Origin: an uncultured Clostridia bacterium
GTDB taxonomy: Bacteria > Bacillota > Clostridia > Christensenellales > UBA1242
Direction: 5' to 3'
DNA length: 64,000 nt
Assembly: GCA_934757865.1 (NCBI GenBank)
Contig: CAKVLS010000002.1
Span: 102,973-166,972 of the forward strand
A program made the translations under genes and the position numbers. Under the pieces are notes generated by a model that did no database searches, was not told the DNA's origin, and saw only the letters and a program-made list of their open reading frames with translations. This document shows, piece after piece, positions 1 through 8,746 of this stretch (the first letter of the stretch is position 1; every line of letters starts with the position of its first letter).

Positions 1-636
1 GGTCACCAACCAGTTGGTCGGGTCAATTTCGCTACTATACCTTATATAATATCTGTCGCTAGTTAACGCAAACAGCCTTGAACCATGCCTACATACAGAC
101 CTAATATTCGGTGCTGAGGCTACAGTTTTAGGAATAGATACCCCATCCCAAGATATCATACCCTCCGTTTCGTTGCAGATAAGAAGATAATCTCTATCAT
201 ACATACGGTAGTTGATGACATTAGGTTTACTGGTCAAAGTTATATCATATAACTCAAAAACATTAGGGTTATTATCAAAAACTCCAAGCCAATACATCTG
301 TCCATTGCTGGCATAAATGATAAGGTCGTAAGAGTCTTTTTGCGCAGTTTTATCATAGTACTTGTATAGCCAAATTCCTTGATAATCGTACTCGCAATTA
401 AAGGTAGGATTAAGCGTGCAATTACTTGCTGTAATAGACGCTGGAAGCTTGACAGTTTGCACTCCATACCCTAGCTCTAGCCTGCCGTTTTTTACCATAA
501 AATTATATAGCGAAACGGCTTTTTTGTACTTTAACATTTCGGGGTTAGTAGTGCTATCGTTACCTCCCGAGAAGTCGTCTATAATGATTCTTTTATAAGT
601 GCATTTTTTTGTCTCAAGGTCTTTTTCATATATCAT
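1..636 (-). CDS. phage structural protein, N-terminal part only (gene runs off the left edge)
   Basis: Absent from the ORF track because it has no stop in the window. I read the minus frame 636->1 triplet by triplet and it is stop-free (212 codons, MIYEKDLETKKCTYKRIIIDDFSGGNDSTTNPEML...). Its ATG (636-634) overlaps the TGA of the upstream gene (ATGA), so it is coupled to the head genes. No family recognised. The listed 75-aa ORF 240-467 is another frame of this region. Confidence 0.6.
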   Translation of the reverse strand, partial: MIYEKDLETKKCTYKRIIIDDFSGGNDSTTNPEMLKYKKAVSLYNFMVKNGRLELGYGVQTVKLPASITASNCTLNPTFNCEYDYQGIWLYKYYDKTAQKDSYDLIIYASNGQMYWLGVFDNNPNVFELYDITLTSKPNVINYRMYDRDYLLICNETEGMISWDGVSIPKTVASAPNIRSVCRHGSRLFALTSDRYYIRYSSEIDPTNWLVT

Positions 637-1193
637 AGCCACTTCCTTTTAGGCAAAAAGATTGGGCCTTTTTTACTTTGGTTAGCTCTAATACTATCAC
701 AAAATCTTTTGTGCCAAATCTTAGCGTCATCAAAAAATCCTGCAATAAATGAGTACTCACTTGCGACCAAAAATGCAAAGCTTCTAGTTGTTACTTTGCC
801 ACAAAAATTGCTAAAATCTCCGCCCCACTCTGGCTCTTGTGGAATATAACTATATAGCACTTTTACATTGCCCGCACCACCTACATAACAATAATCTGGA
901 AAACACTTAAACCTAAAAATTTTACCGTCAATTCCTTCTATTCTGTATATGTCTTTTACATCTTTTGCTAAATCTGTGTAGTATATTTTGTTATTTTGCA
1001 CCACGACTTCTTCGTTACTAAGTAGTGGAAAGTAGTCAGTAGCAAGCTCCTCGTATGCTATCATACATGCGTTGTATAGCATATTGAACTGAGCGCTAAG
1101 TGTAGGCTTTGAGGTAGCTTCTATTTGCACTTTCATATCACTTTCAATATTAAGAATTTGTGATGCTTTGGTTAATACATCTTTTACTTTCAT
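633..1193 (-). CDS. phage head-completion / head-tail connector candidate (186 aa)
   Basis: ORF 633-1247. I prefer the ATG at 1193 (MKVKDVLTKA...) because AAGGAG lies 5 nt upstream and the longer form overlaps the previous gene. Placement downstream of the major capsid gene suggests a connector or adaptor role. No family recognised by eye. Confidence 0.5.
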   Translation of the reverse strand: MKVKDVLTKASQILNIESDMKVQIEATSKPTLSAQFNMLYNACMIAYEELATDYFPLLSNEEVVVQNNKIYYTDLAKDVKDIYRIEGIDGKIFRFKCFPDYCYVGGAGNVKVLYSYIPQEPEWGGDFSNFCGKVTTRSFAFLVASEYSFIAGFFDDAKIWHKRFCDSIRANQSKKGPIFLPKRKWL

Positions 1194-1204
1194 TTGTTCT
1201 CCTT

Positions 1205-1534
1205 TTAGAAATATTTTTCTATTTTTAAGTTTTCTTTTAGGGCGCATTTCGCCCTATCTAACATTTCTCTTTTTGCATATTTTTCTAGGTTTTCATTTGT
1301 CTTTTCTATTGCTCTAAATATATCTAGGCAGTTTTTGCTTTGGGATTTATAAACTTTTTCTATACTCTGTTTTGTAAGCCTTGGGCCTAGCGATATAAGA
1401 TATGTAGGTCTTTCGTTTTTGTGGTGAAGTTCGTAGCACTTTTTGTCTGTGTCGTACATCACAAAGTAGCCTTTGTCTATTGCTTTTATTCGCTTAGATA
1501 TTCCGTACAAGTCATCAATTATTACTTTTTTCAT
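1205..1534 (-). CDS. small phage protein (109 aa), unknown function
   Basis: ORF directly downstream of the capsid gene in the same orientation, with an AAAGG-type SD upstream. No recognisable motif. Confidence 0.45.
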   Translation of the reverse strand: MKKVIIDDLYGISKRIKAIDKGYFVMYDTDKKCYELHHKNERPTYLISLGPRLTKQSIEKVYKSQSKNCLDIFRAIEKTNENLEKYAKREMLDRAKCALKENLKIEKYF

Positions 1535-1594
1535 CTTATCGCCTTTTTTATAAAAATATGACAGGCCTATATAGACCTGTCATAAAAGTTTTTG

Positions 1595-2794
1595 CTAATT
1601 AGAAGCAGTGCTTGAAGCTAGCGGATTAGTTACTGTTGAGCTAATACCACTAATTTTTGCTTGACCATTTGGTTTGTTGCAAATAAGGTCTGCGTATTTT
1701 ACAAGAGTTGCAGTATACTTTGGATATCCAGCTACTTGTTTGATAATCTTACCGTCTTCTCCCTCAAGCCAGTTCCAATCGCATAGTTGATGCAAGTTAA
1801 ACTCGCTAGTGTTAAGAAGGTACATAGTATCGTCATCGACAAATCTATCAGAAACAATAGGTATACCATTGTAAGCTAGTGCCTTGTAGCCGCCTTCAAG
1901 TTCCATAACATCTATATTTCTTCTAAAGTATGATAGATATTTTTGAAAAGCTCTCTTAACAGTTGCTGAACATGTAATGAAGTCTACTACACTACCAGTA
2001 TTTTCTTCTAGGGTGTCAATAGCTTTTTGCATTAGGTCATCGCTTATCTCAGTAGAAGTTGATGAGATATATGGATTCATCCATGGATAAGTTGTTTTGC
2101 TTACGCCATAAAGTGAACCAGTTGTTTTGAAGATAGCACCAAGTCCTGTGATTTCGTTACCCTTTGAACCTTGAACATATAAGTCATAATCTTTTGCGAT
2201 AGTTCCGCTAGGAGTTGTAGTAAAGGTAATTGTCTTATTAGTTCTGTCAATAGTAGCAATACGAAGTCCAGTAAGACCAGTAACTGCACTAGTACCGTTA
2301 TAAATATCAACTACCATACCCTCAATCAAGTTTTTAACTGAGTTAAGGGTGATAACATTATTTGCATAACTTGCGATAGTAGCAAGTTTGCCAGAGCCAT
2401 CACCATATAGCATACGACTTAGGTTAAAGCAGCTAGCTTTTACAAGTCCTTCCATCTCGTCATTAAGCAAATTAACAAAAGCGCCTGCGTTGTTAGCAGA
2501 AGCTCTAATAGCTTTATCTGAGATTTCGATAGTGCCATATAAGTTCTTTAGAGTTGATACAAATTGCACATATTTATTCTCGGCAGAAGCAGGAAGTGCG
2601 CCCTCTTCTGTGCCTGCACCAATACCACCATTGATGCCGTATGGAGCTAATTTTCTTACTTCTTTTCCCCATACATCTTTTGTTGTTTGTTTGATTTTTG
2701 CAAGAAGCGGATTACTGTTTAGGTTAAGTTGATCAGATACAACTCCTAGATAAACGGTTTTTAATGCGTCTTGCGCTGTAGTTAAAGTTACCAT
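1595..2794 (-). CDS. phage major capsid protein (HK97-fold type expected)
   Basis: 399-aa soluble protein immediately after a scaffold-like gene and the portal. Strong SD (AAAGGAG). The composition and the '...NLSRMLYGDGSGKLATI...' region match what I associate with Firmicute-phage major capsid proteins. Assignment rests on position, size and memory, not a search. Confidence 0.75.
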   Translation of the reverse strand: MVTLTTAQDALKTVYLGVVSDQLNLNSNPLLAKIKQTTKDVWGKEVRKLAPYGINGGIGAGTEEGALPASAENKYVQFVSTLKNLYGTIEISDKAIRASANNAGAFVNLLNDEMEGLVKASCFNLSRMLYGDGSGKLATIASYANNVITLNSVKNLIEGMVVDIYNGTSAVTGLTGLRIATIDRTNKTITFTTTPSGTIAKDYDLYVQGSKGNEITGLGAIFKTTGSLYGVSKTTYPWMNPYISSTSTEISDDLMQKAIDTLEENTGSVVDFITCSATVKRAFQKYLSYFRRNIDVMELEGGYKALAYNGIPIVSDRFVDDDTMYLLNTSEFNLHQLCDWNWLEGEDGKIIKQVAGYPKYTATLVKYADLICNKPNGQAKISGISSTVTNPLASSTASN

Positions 2795-2805
2795 AATTTC
2801 TCCTT

Positions 2806-3408
2806 TTATTTTTCAAGAAGGCTTTTTGCGAGTGCTCCCGCCTCAGCAAAACTATTTGGCTTATTTTGTTTTGCAAGAAGTGATTTTGACCCAATCTGTT
2901 TTGCAATAATAGGCGGAATATTTTGAAGGCTAATATTAGCGAAATACTCTTCTATAACTCGCTTTTTTAGGTCTTCGTTAGTTAAGATATACTTGTCCAA
3001 AAACTCTTGGTCTTTGGCTAAGTCATCTTTTGGTACAAAGTTGTCCTTTCTAAATTTATCCCAAGCGGACAAATACGGATTATCACTATCCATAATTTGT
3101 TTGTCGCCAGAAATAATATTTTCTAGGTCATCAATGTATCTTTTTGCGGTAGGATTAGAGGCAAAGAAAGCTTCTTTTGTGTCCGTTTCTTTATATGCAC
3201 TTTCGAGTTTCTTTTGGGTGTCGGACAATGTCTGGCACTTTTTTGTAAACTCCTTTTGCAAATTTTCATAGGCTTTTTCTAAGCTTTGAGTGTCCTTAAA
3301 CTTACCTAGTATGGAGCCACAATTTTCTTCTGCCCTTATACTTTCTTGCGACACTTCGCCGTGGCACTCCTCTTGTGGTTGTTCCAATTTTTCTAATTCT
3401 TTTTCCAT
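2806..3408 (-). CDS. phage scaffolding protein candidate
   Basis: 200-aa highly charged, helix-prone protein (MEKELEKLEQPQEE...) located between portal and major capsid, the canonical scaffold position. Confidence 0.6.
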   Translation of the reverse strand: MEKELEKLEQPQEECHGEVSQESIRAEENCGSILGKFKDTQSLEKAYENLQKEFTKKCQTLSDTQKKLESAYKETDTKEAFFASNPTAKRYIDDLENIISGDKQIMDSDNPYLSAWDKFRKDNFVPKDDLAKDQEFLDKYILTNEDLKKRVIEEYFANISLQNIPPIIAKQIGSKSLLAKQNKPNSFAEAGALAKSLLEK

Positions 3409-3410
3409 AT

Positions 3411-5279
3411 TTACTCCTTATTCTCCATTGCCAAAAATGTCTTATGCACTCTAATATGTGCTAAGATTTTATCTTTTAGGTTAGGATATTTTTTCAATTT
3501 TTCTTCGTATTCATTAGATAGCATATATGCTATATGTGTCTTAATATGCAGCTCGTGGTCATCTATTTCCATTACTTCGACTTTGTTATAATTTGTTGCA
3601 AACTGCATATTTTCGCTCTCGGCGTGTTTAATATGTAGTCTTTCTATATCTACTCCGTCTTCCCAAACGCCAAAGCCTAGCATTTCAAGAAGTTTAAGTT
3701 TGTTGTAGTCAGAGATTTTACCTTCGCTGTTATATAGTAGCCCCTTATCTAACATCTCAAAAATATTTGCTCTTCTCTGTGCCAAGCTTTCGCCAAGTTC
3801 GTTCTCTGTCTCAAAAACAATATCCTCACTACCAATATCACTTGCATTAAAGTACAATACTTCGACCTCTCCCTTGTTAGAGAGTTTCAAAAGTCTAGGA
3901 GTTGTCGCAAACTGCTTATAAAGTCTCAAAATATGTTTTGCTATTTCTTTTACGGCGTATTTAATGTTGTCTATTGTTGAAGTAAGCTTTGACTCTGCTT
4001 GCTCAAGCATTAACTGTAAAGTTACACCACTAACATTGCTAGTTATTTTAGACACATCAGTGAATATATCACTTACGCCACTAATCTCATTAAACTCTTC
4101 TAATAGTCTTTGCTCTTCTTTTGTAAAGTCCGCTGGTACGCTGTCGCTTTTCAAAATATCTGGCGGATTAGAGCCTTGTCTATATACTAAGACTTTACCT
4201 GGGCATAAGCCGTCTTCTTCTAGGCTGTCTGTATCAACTGATCCGTCTTCGACAGTAAGCACACCCATAGACAATCTGTTAAGGTATTCGTGCTTTCTAT
4301 TTTTGATAGCATTGTAGGCTCTTTGGACAGGGATAATTCTTTCTATTATGCTACTGCCCCAAAAACACCCTGGAACATCAACAGATACTTGTCTTATAAA
4401 TGGATAAGTCCTCTTACCATCAATGCCGTTAATAAAAGGAAGTTCGCCCATATACAATAATTTATCTTGACAAACGGTAATAAGTCTGCCGTTAGGATAC
4501 TTGACGGTAGGGGCTTCGTACTTTTCGATAACTATTGCATGGTCTTGCTTTATGGTGCTAGAAAATTTACTTTGGCTAGCATTATATCCAAGACCGCCAA
4601 GAGTTTCTCTTTTGTCTAGCGAAAAGACATCAACTTTTTCGGGTTTAACATCTACGCCCCAGATTGATTTTACACTCTCTACGCTATATGCTTTGGCATG
4701 CATAATACTGCCGCACTCATCAAGTGAGCTGTAACAGTTAGCCTCCGGGAAGATCTCGTATGGAGGTACTGCGACTATTTCAAGGTCGCCCTCTTTTACA
4801 TCTCCACCAAGAGCATTCTTTGCTATAGTTTTGCCCTTATAATTTTTCCAAATAACCTTGTAAAAAACTGTTCCGCAAATTTCGCTCCACTTAGTACCTT
4901 CTGCGATTACTTTGCTAAGATTGTGTTTTTGGTATGTAGATTCCAAAATATCTTTTGATAACTTAGCGACTTTGATATCATTTTCTTCGCTACTTGCAGG
5001 TATAACTGACATCTTAGGTCTTATAGCCACAAGTTTGGCAAGTCTTGCATCAATAATAGGTGCTATGTGATTAAAAACTTCACGCTCTTGCCAAAAATAC
5101 TTTTTGTCATAGTCTTCTACATTGTTAAGTAGAGATATGAAGCAATATTGATTGCCTATCAAAAAGTTATTGTTAAGTTGCCACTGTGCCTCAAAACTCT
5201 TTCGCTCTTTTTGGCGGTTTTCAAAGTCTTCTTGGATTTCTTCAACAAGAAGTTTAATTTCTTTATCTTTTACTTTCAT
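3411..5279 (-). CDS. phage portal protein
   Basis: 622-aa protein encoded just downstream of terL and upstream of the scaffold and capsid genes. Size and position are canonical for a portal. Overlaps the upstream small gene by 17 nt. Confidence 0.75.
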   Translation of the reverse strand: MKVKDKEIKLLVEEIQEDFENRQKERKSFEAQWQLNNNFLIGNQYCFISLLNNVEDYDKKYFWQEREVFNHIAPIIDARLAKLVAIRPKMSVIPASSEENDIKVAKLSKDILESTYQKHNLSKVIAEGTKWSEICGTVFYKVIWKNYKGKTIAKNALGGDVKEGDLEIVAVPPYEIFPEANCYSSLDECGSIMHAKAYSVESVKSIWGVDVKPEKVDVFSLDKRETLGGLGYNASQSKFSSTIKQDHAIVIEKYEAPTVKYPNGRLITVCQDKLLYMGELPFINGIDGKRTYPFIRQVSVDVPGCFWGSSIIERIIPVQRAYNAIKNRKHEYLNRLSMGVLTVEDGSVDTDSLEEDGLCPGKVLVYRQGSNPPDILKSDSVPADFTKEEQRLLEEFNEISGVSDIFTDVSKITSNVSGVTLQLMLEQAESKLTSTIDNIKYAVKEIAKHILRLYKQFATTPRLLKLSNKGEVEVLYFNASDIGSEDIVFETENELGESLAQRRANIFEMLDKGLLYNSEGKISDYNKLKLLEMLGFGVWEDGVDIERLHIKHAESENMQFATNYNKVEVMEIDDHELHIKTHIAYMLSNEYEEKLKKYPNLKDKILAHIRVHKTFLAMENKE

Positions 5280-5562
5280 CTTTTTCGTCCTTTTGTTTTA
5301 TTAGTCTTATGAGTTTAGTTTTTTCTTCTATGAGTTCCTCGTCCGAAAAACTTTCAAACTCATTTGCCTTTGTATCATCTATATCAAGTAGAGCCTTAAA
5401 TGATTGTGGGTCGGGGGGAATATCCTTGGAGGTAATTTTTTTCTTTTGGAGCACCATACCATCTTCGCCATTAGTGTACTCTTCTATTATCTCGGTAGAA
5501 GTATAACCTAAGGCCTTTTTAAGAAGTGCCTCTTTTAGTGCTTTGTTTATATTTCTTTTCAT
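5263..5562 (-). CDS. small phage protein (99 aa) with terminase-small-subunit-like motif
   Basis: Start overlaps the terL stop (ATGA at 5559-5562). The segment 'LGYTSTEIIEEYT...KKKITSKDIPPDPQSFKALL' resembles the core I associate with Firmicute-phage TerS proteins. However, the gene lies after terL, not before it. Confidence 0.4.
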   Translation of the reverse strand: MKRNINKALKEALLKKALGYTSTEIIEEYTNGEDGMVLQKKKITSKDIPPDPQSFKALLDIDDTKANEFESFSDEELIEEKTKLIRLIKQKDEKDESKR

Positions 5563-6998
5563 AGTCTTACTTTGCTGTTTTTTAACCTCCTTATCAGTCT
5601 ATCTTTGTCTTTTGTTATGACGCTTTTTTCGTATGGCTTTTTGGCATTTTCGGGTCTTGACATTATGTAATATCTCAACTCGTCTAGGCAGTGGTCGTCC
5701 TTTTTTATCGGCACATCATTTGAGCCCCAAAAGTAACTTTTTATCTCCCTTATAAGATTGGGACAATTTTTGAATATAAAAAGTCTGCTTCTGCCGGTGC
5801 TATCTTTTAGATAACTTTTTACCTTAGATATGCCACTAAAAAGATCTTTATTAACCTTGGGATTGACTGCTATGCCGTTATCAAAGAAAAGTTCTGTTAC
5901 TGACTTTTCGCTAGCGAGAGTCTTTTGGTTAGCGGCACTATCTATCAAACTCTCAAGTCTCCCGTCACTGCCAAAATGCCAACCTAGAGATTTTGCTAGC
6001 TCTATTATTTTTTTTGCGTGATACTCAACAATTTTGCCCGACTCAAAGTGCTCGCCAACAACATATATATTGCCGTCATAATCCACCGCATAAAAGTGAC
6101 ACGACAAAGGGTTGTTAAGCCCGGGGTCAATAGATATGTTATCTTGCCACTCTTTTGGGATAGTAAATGGCTCTACAACATTTACTCTCTCGTCAAACTC
6201 TGTGTACACGAGCCCCTCCGCTGACGAAAACTTACCATACTTGCGACTTTCGAGTTCGTCACTGGACATACTTGTTTCGAGAGACAGTATTTCATTTTTG
6301 TCAAGATAAGGGTTGTCCTCCCACTGCATAAAAGTTGTCCATATATTTTCATCGCCCTTGGGGTTAAGATAGATGTCTGTATATACCCAAGTTAAACCTT
6401 TAAGTGGAGTCATTGTTCCAAATATATCTCCGCATTTGTCAAGTACTCTCATGCGGCACTCGGTGTAAATATCAAGCGGCGGCTCTTCATCAAACCAGAC
6501 ATAATCAAGAGATGTCCCTTGGAACTTTTCTCTACCCTGATCGCAACTCTTAAAACCTATCTTTGATATACCGCCCAAAGCGGATTTGATAGTTATATAA
6601 TCAATCACTCCGCCTGCGGGGCTGTCTTTTTTGCCGGACAACATAACTATATCTACTATCCAGTCAGGGTTGATATAACTTAAGACTTTACTTTGGGCGA
6701 CATCTCTCTGCACTTGCTGTGATAGTGACACCACCCAGCCGGTAGTACTCTTTTTGTTTCCTCTATACGGGTGTATGCCCCTTGCCATATACACAACTTC
6801 GACCGCTCCGCACTCAGTTTTTCCGCTTCGGTTACCACCGAACACCCACCTATTCTTTTTTGGACATTTGTGAAATTCAAGCTGTTTATAGTGGATAGGC
6901 GGAGTTTTGTTATAATACAAGACTTTGTTTGCTGTCTTTCGCCTTGCGAGTTCTTTGTCTATTTTTATTATCTTGTTTAATATGTCTGTCTTTTGCAT
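5559..6998 (-). CDS. terL: phage terminase large subunit
   Basis: Walker A 'GGNRSGKTE' near the N-terminus, an acidic Walker B-like 'YVWFDEEP', and a C-terminal nuclease-type region with conserved D residues. The ORF track starts at a TTG (7019). The ATG at 6998 (MQKTDILNK) has AAGGA upstream and is preferred. Confidence 0.9.
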   Translation of the reverse strand: MQKTDILNKIIKIDKELARRKTANKVLYYNKTPPIHYKQLEFHKCPKKNRWVFGGNRSGKTECGAVEVVYMARGIHPYRGNKKSTTGWVVSLSQQVQRDVAQSKVLSYINPDWIVDIVMLSGKKDSPAGGVIDYITIKSALGGISKIGFKSCDQGREKFQGTSLDYVWFDEEPPLDIYTECRMRVLDKCGDIFGTMTPLKGLTWVYTDIYLNPKGDENIWTTFMQWEDNPYLDKNEILSLETSMSSDELESRKYGKFSSAEGLVYTEFDERVNVVEPFTIPKEWQDNISIDPGLNNPLSCHFYAVDYDGNIYVVGEHFESGKIVEYHAKKIIELAKSLGWHFGSDGRLESLIDSAANQKTLASEKSVTELFFDNGIAVNPKVNKDLFSGISKVKSYLKDSTGRSRLFIFKNCPNLIREIKSYFWGSNDVPIKKDDHCLDELRYYIMSRPENAKKPYEKSVITKDKDRLIRRLKNSKVRL

Positions 6999-7073
6999 AA
7001 AATTCCTTTTTTTCGGCAATAAGTTATAAAAAACACTTTTAGTTTTTTACTAAAATACATTTAGGAGGCTAAA

Positions 7074-7802
7074 ATGATAACTCTAATTTTAATTCTTTGT
7101 TTTTCACTACTACCCGCACCGAGAGCTTTTGCCGAAAATATTTATTATGGTCAAATAATAAACAGCGGTACTTATCTATATAAGGACACAAAAAATAATC
7201 TTATTTTTGAGCTCCCTCAAACATATTTTGTAAAAATTTCTGGCTACAAGTCTGGGCACTACATTGCTGAGTACATGGGCACAAAAGGTTATGTCAAGTG
7301 TGATAATATAAAAGTTGTAAGAGGGACACCAAAATGTCCATATCTTACAACTTCTACATTTAGATTATTCGCAAGTGATTATAATAAGCTCAAACTATCG
7401 CCCAATATCTTATCTAAGACGCTAACAAGTCTCCCAGTTAACACCCCTATCAAATATATCGCCACAAGTTATGGCGAGGAACTCGTTGAAAACCGAGGCA
7501 ATGCATGGTACTACTGTGAGTATAGAGATGGCAAAAGTTCTATTTGTGGCTATGTATATGCAGGTCTATGTGATGGACTTATTATAGAGCCAAATACAGA
7601 GACCTTTGAGTACATCGCAAACCCATATGTTAGCCCTAGTACTGAGTATATTGAGTACCTATCAAGTGACGGCAAAATGCTCGTTATAGCACCTGTTGTG
7701 CTTGTTAGTATTTTGTTTATTCCACTACTGTTTTTGCCTAAGTTTGTAAAAAACTTCAAAAGAAAACCATCTACTACATTTGTAGAAGATGGCAAAATCT
7801 AA
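7074..7802 (+). CDS. secreted, C-terminally membrane-anchored SH3b-domain protein
   Basis: AGGAGG SD. N-terminal signal peptide (MITLILILCFSLLPAPRAFA/ENI). SH3b-like segments ('GTYLYKD...YFVKISG...HYIAEYMGTKGYVKCDNI'). One C-terminal TM helix (MLVIAPVVLVSILFIPLLFL) followed by a basic tail. Opposite strand to the phage genes on both sides. Confidence 0.6.
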   Translation: MITLILILCFSLLPAPRAFAENIYYGQIINSGTYLYKDTKNNLIFELPQTYFVKISGYKSGHYIAEYMGTKGYVKCDNIKVVRGTPKCPYLTTSTFRLFASDYNKLKLSPNILSKTLTSLPVNTPIKYIATSYGEELVENRGNAWYYCEYRDGKSSICGYVYAGLCDGLIIEPNTETFEYIANPYVSPSTEYIEYLSSDGKMLVIAPVVLVSILFIPLLFLPKFVKNFKRKPSTTFVEDGKI

Positions 7803-7804
7803 TA

Positions 7805-8329
7805 TTAACAAACCTCTTTTACTTGTCTAAACAGATGGTCGCAAACGAGAAGTTTGCTGCAATCTGTTTTTTTACTGCCCTCGTCAAAGTAGTCTACAAA
7901 ATTAGCAAACCACCTTTCTCTTAAGTACTTAGACAAAAGGTCTTTGTTTAGTGTGTTTTCAAATGCGAGCATATTGCAAAAAGCCGCAAAAGCGCTGTTA
8001 ATCTTTCTAAAATAAGTACGTTGGCTGATGCCGAGTAGTTCGGATAAGTCGTTAATCGACATGTTGTCAATGTACCTCAAAATTATCATCTTTTTGTTAC
8101 CTTTGCACAACCTTGCGATAGCTTTATCAATTAGGACTTTTATATTGATAAGCGAAACTTTTCGCTCGGTCAAATTGATTATTTCGCTAGATAAACTCTC
8201 CATATTTTCGCCCATAGACACGCTAAAGTTCTCAGTCTTTGTGGCAATTAGTTTATCAATAGACATGGTCATTGGCTCCAAATACTTATATAAGTTAAGT
8301 AGAGCCCTCCCAAAAATACTTATGTTCAT
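7805..8329 (-). CDS. sigma-70 region-4 HTH protein, phage late-transcription regulator-like (ArpU/RinA/DUF1492-like)
   Basis: GGGGGAGG SD. The central segment 'KKMIILRYIDNMSINDLSELLGISQRTYFRKINSAFAAF' has the typical sigma region-4 / ArpU-type HTH layout. Such regulators sit just upstream of terminase genes in Firmicute prophages. It has an extra C-terminal extension of about 60 aa. Confidence 0.55.
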   Translation of the reverse strand: MNISIFGRALLNLYKYLEPMTMSIDKLIATKTENFSVSMGENMESLSSEIINLTERKVSLINIKVLIDKAIARLCKGNKKMIILRYIDNMSINDLSELLGISQRTYFRKINSAFAAFCNMLAFENTLNKDLLSKYLRERWFANFVDYFDEGSKKTDCSKLLVCDHLFRQVKEVC

Positions 8330-8746
8330 AATACCTCCCCCGCTGTTTGAAAAAACTAAAATATGCTTTAGCCATCATCAGTATAAAAGCAACTTTTTGC
8401 CAAAGTCAATTTTTGCTGACATATTTTTTAATGTTATTGTAAAATATTATCAAAAAATATTGAAAAATGTCTAAATATGTTGAAAGGGTAGTTTCTTCAA
8501 ACATTTGTTCTATAATAACACCCAAAAGCTGACAATAGTTGTCATACATACCAAATTTGTGTCAAAAAAAATAAAAATATTTTGTCAAAAAAACTCAAAA
8601 AGCGTTGGACAAATAAAAGACAAAGTGATAGTCTATTATGGTCTGCCCAAAAAATATTCTGGACAAAAAATGAAAAAAGTGTGCGATTTTTCTAGATTAT
8701 TTTGACAGGGTTATATATAATAACAATAGGAGATTATGCTTACTTT

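Larger units (their letters stand above)
1..8329 (-). mobile_element. Tailed-phage element (prophage or remnant): DNA-packaging + head-morphogenesis module, continues beyond the left edge
   Basis: Colinear minus-strand block: late-regulator-like gene / terL / small protein / portal / scaffold / major capsid / two small proteins / large structural gene. Start-stop overlaps of 4-17 nt are typical of phage late operons. The right boundary is uncertain (about 7020 if the sigma-like and SH3b genes are host genes). No integrase, tail or lysis genes and no att repeat are visible in the window. Confidence 0.7.

Noticed and set aside
240-467. 75-aa minus-strand ORF from the track, and the 60-aa + strand ORF at 416-598
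   Set aside because: They lie in alternative frames of a longer stop-free minus-strand frame (636->1). That frame has a coupled ATGA start and is the better gene model.
8505-8705. 66-aa + strand ORF in the regulator/surface-protein intergenic region
   Set aside because: It has a TTG start and no SD, and its Lys-rich sequence is produced by the A-tract repeats. The region looks regulatory, not coding.
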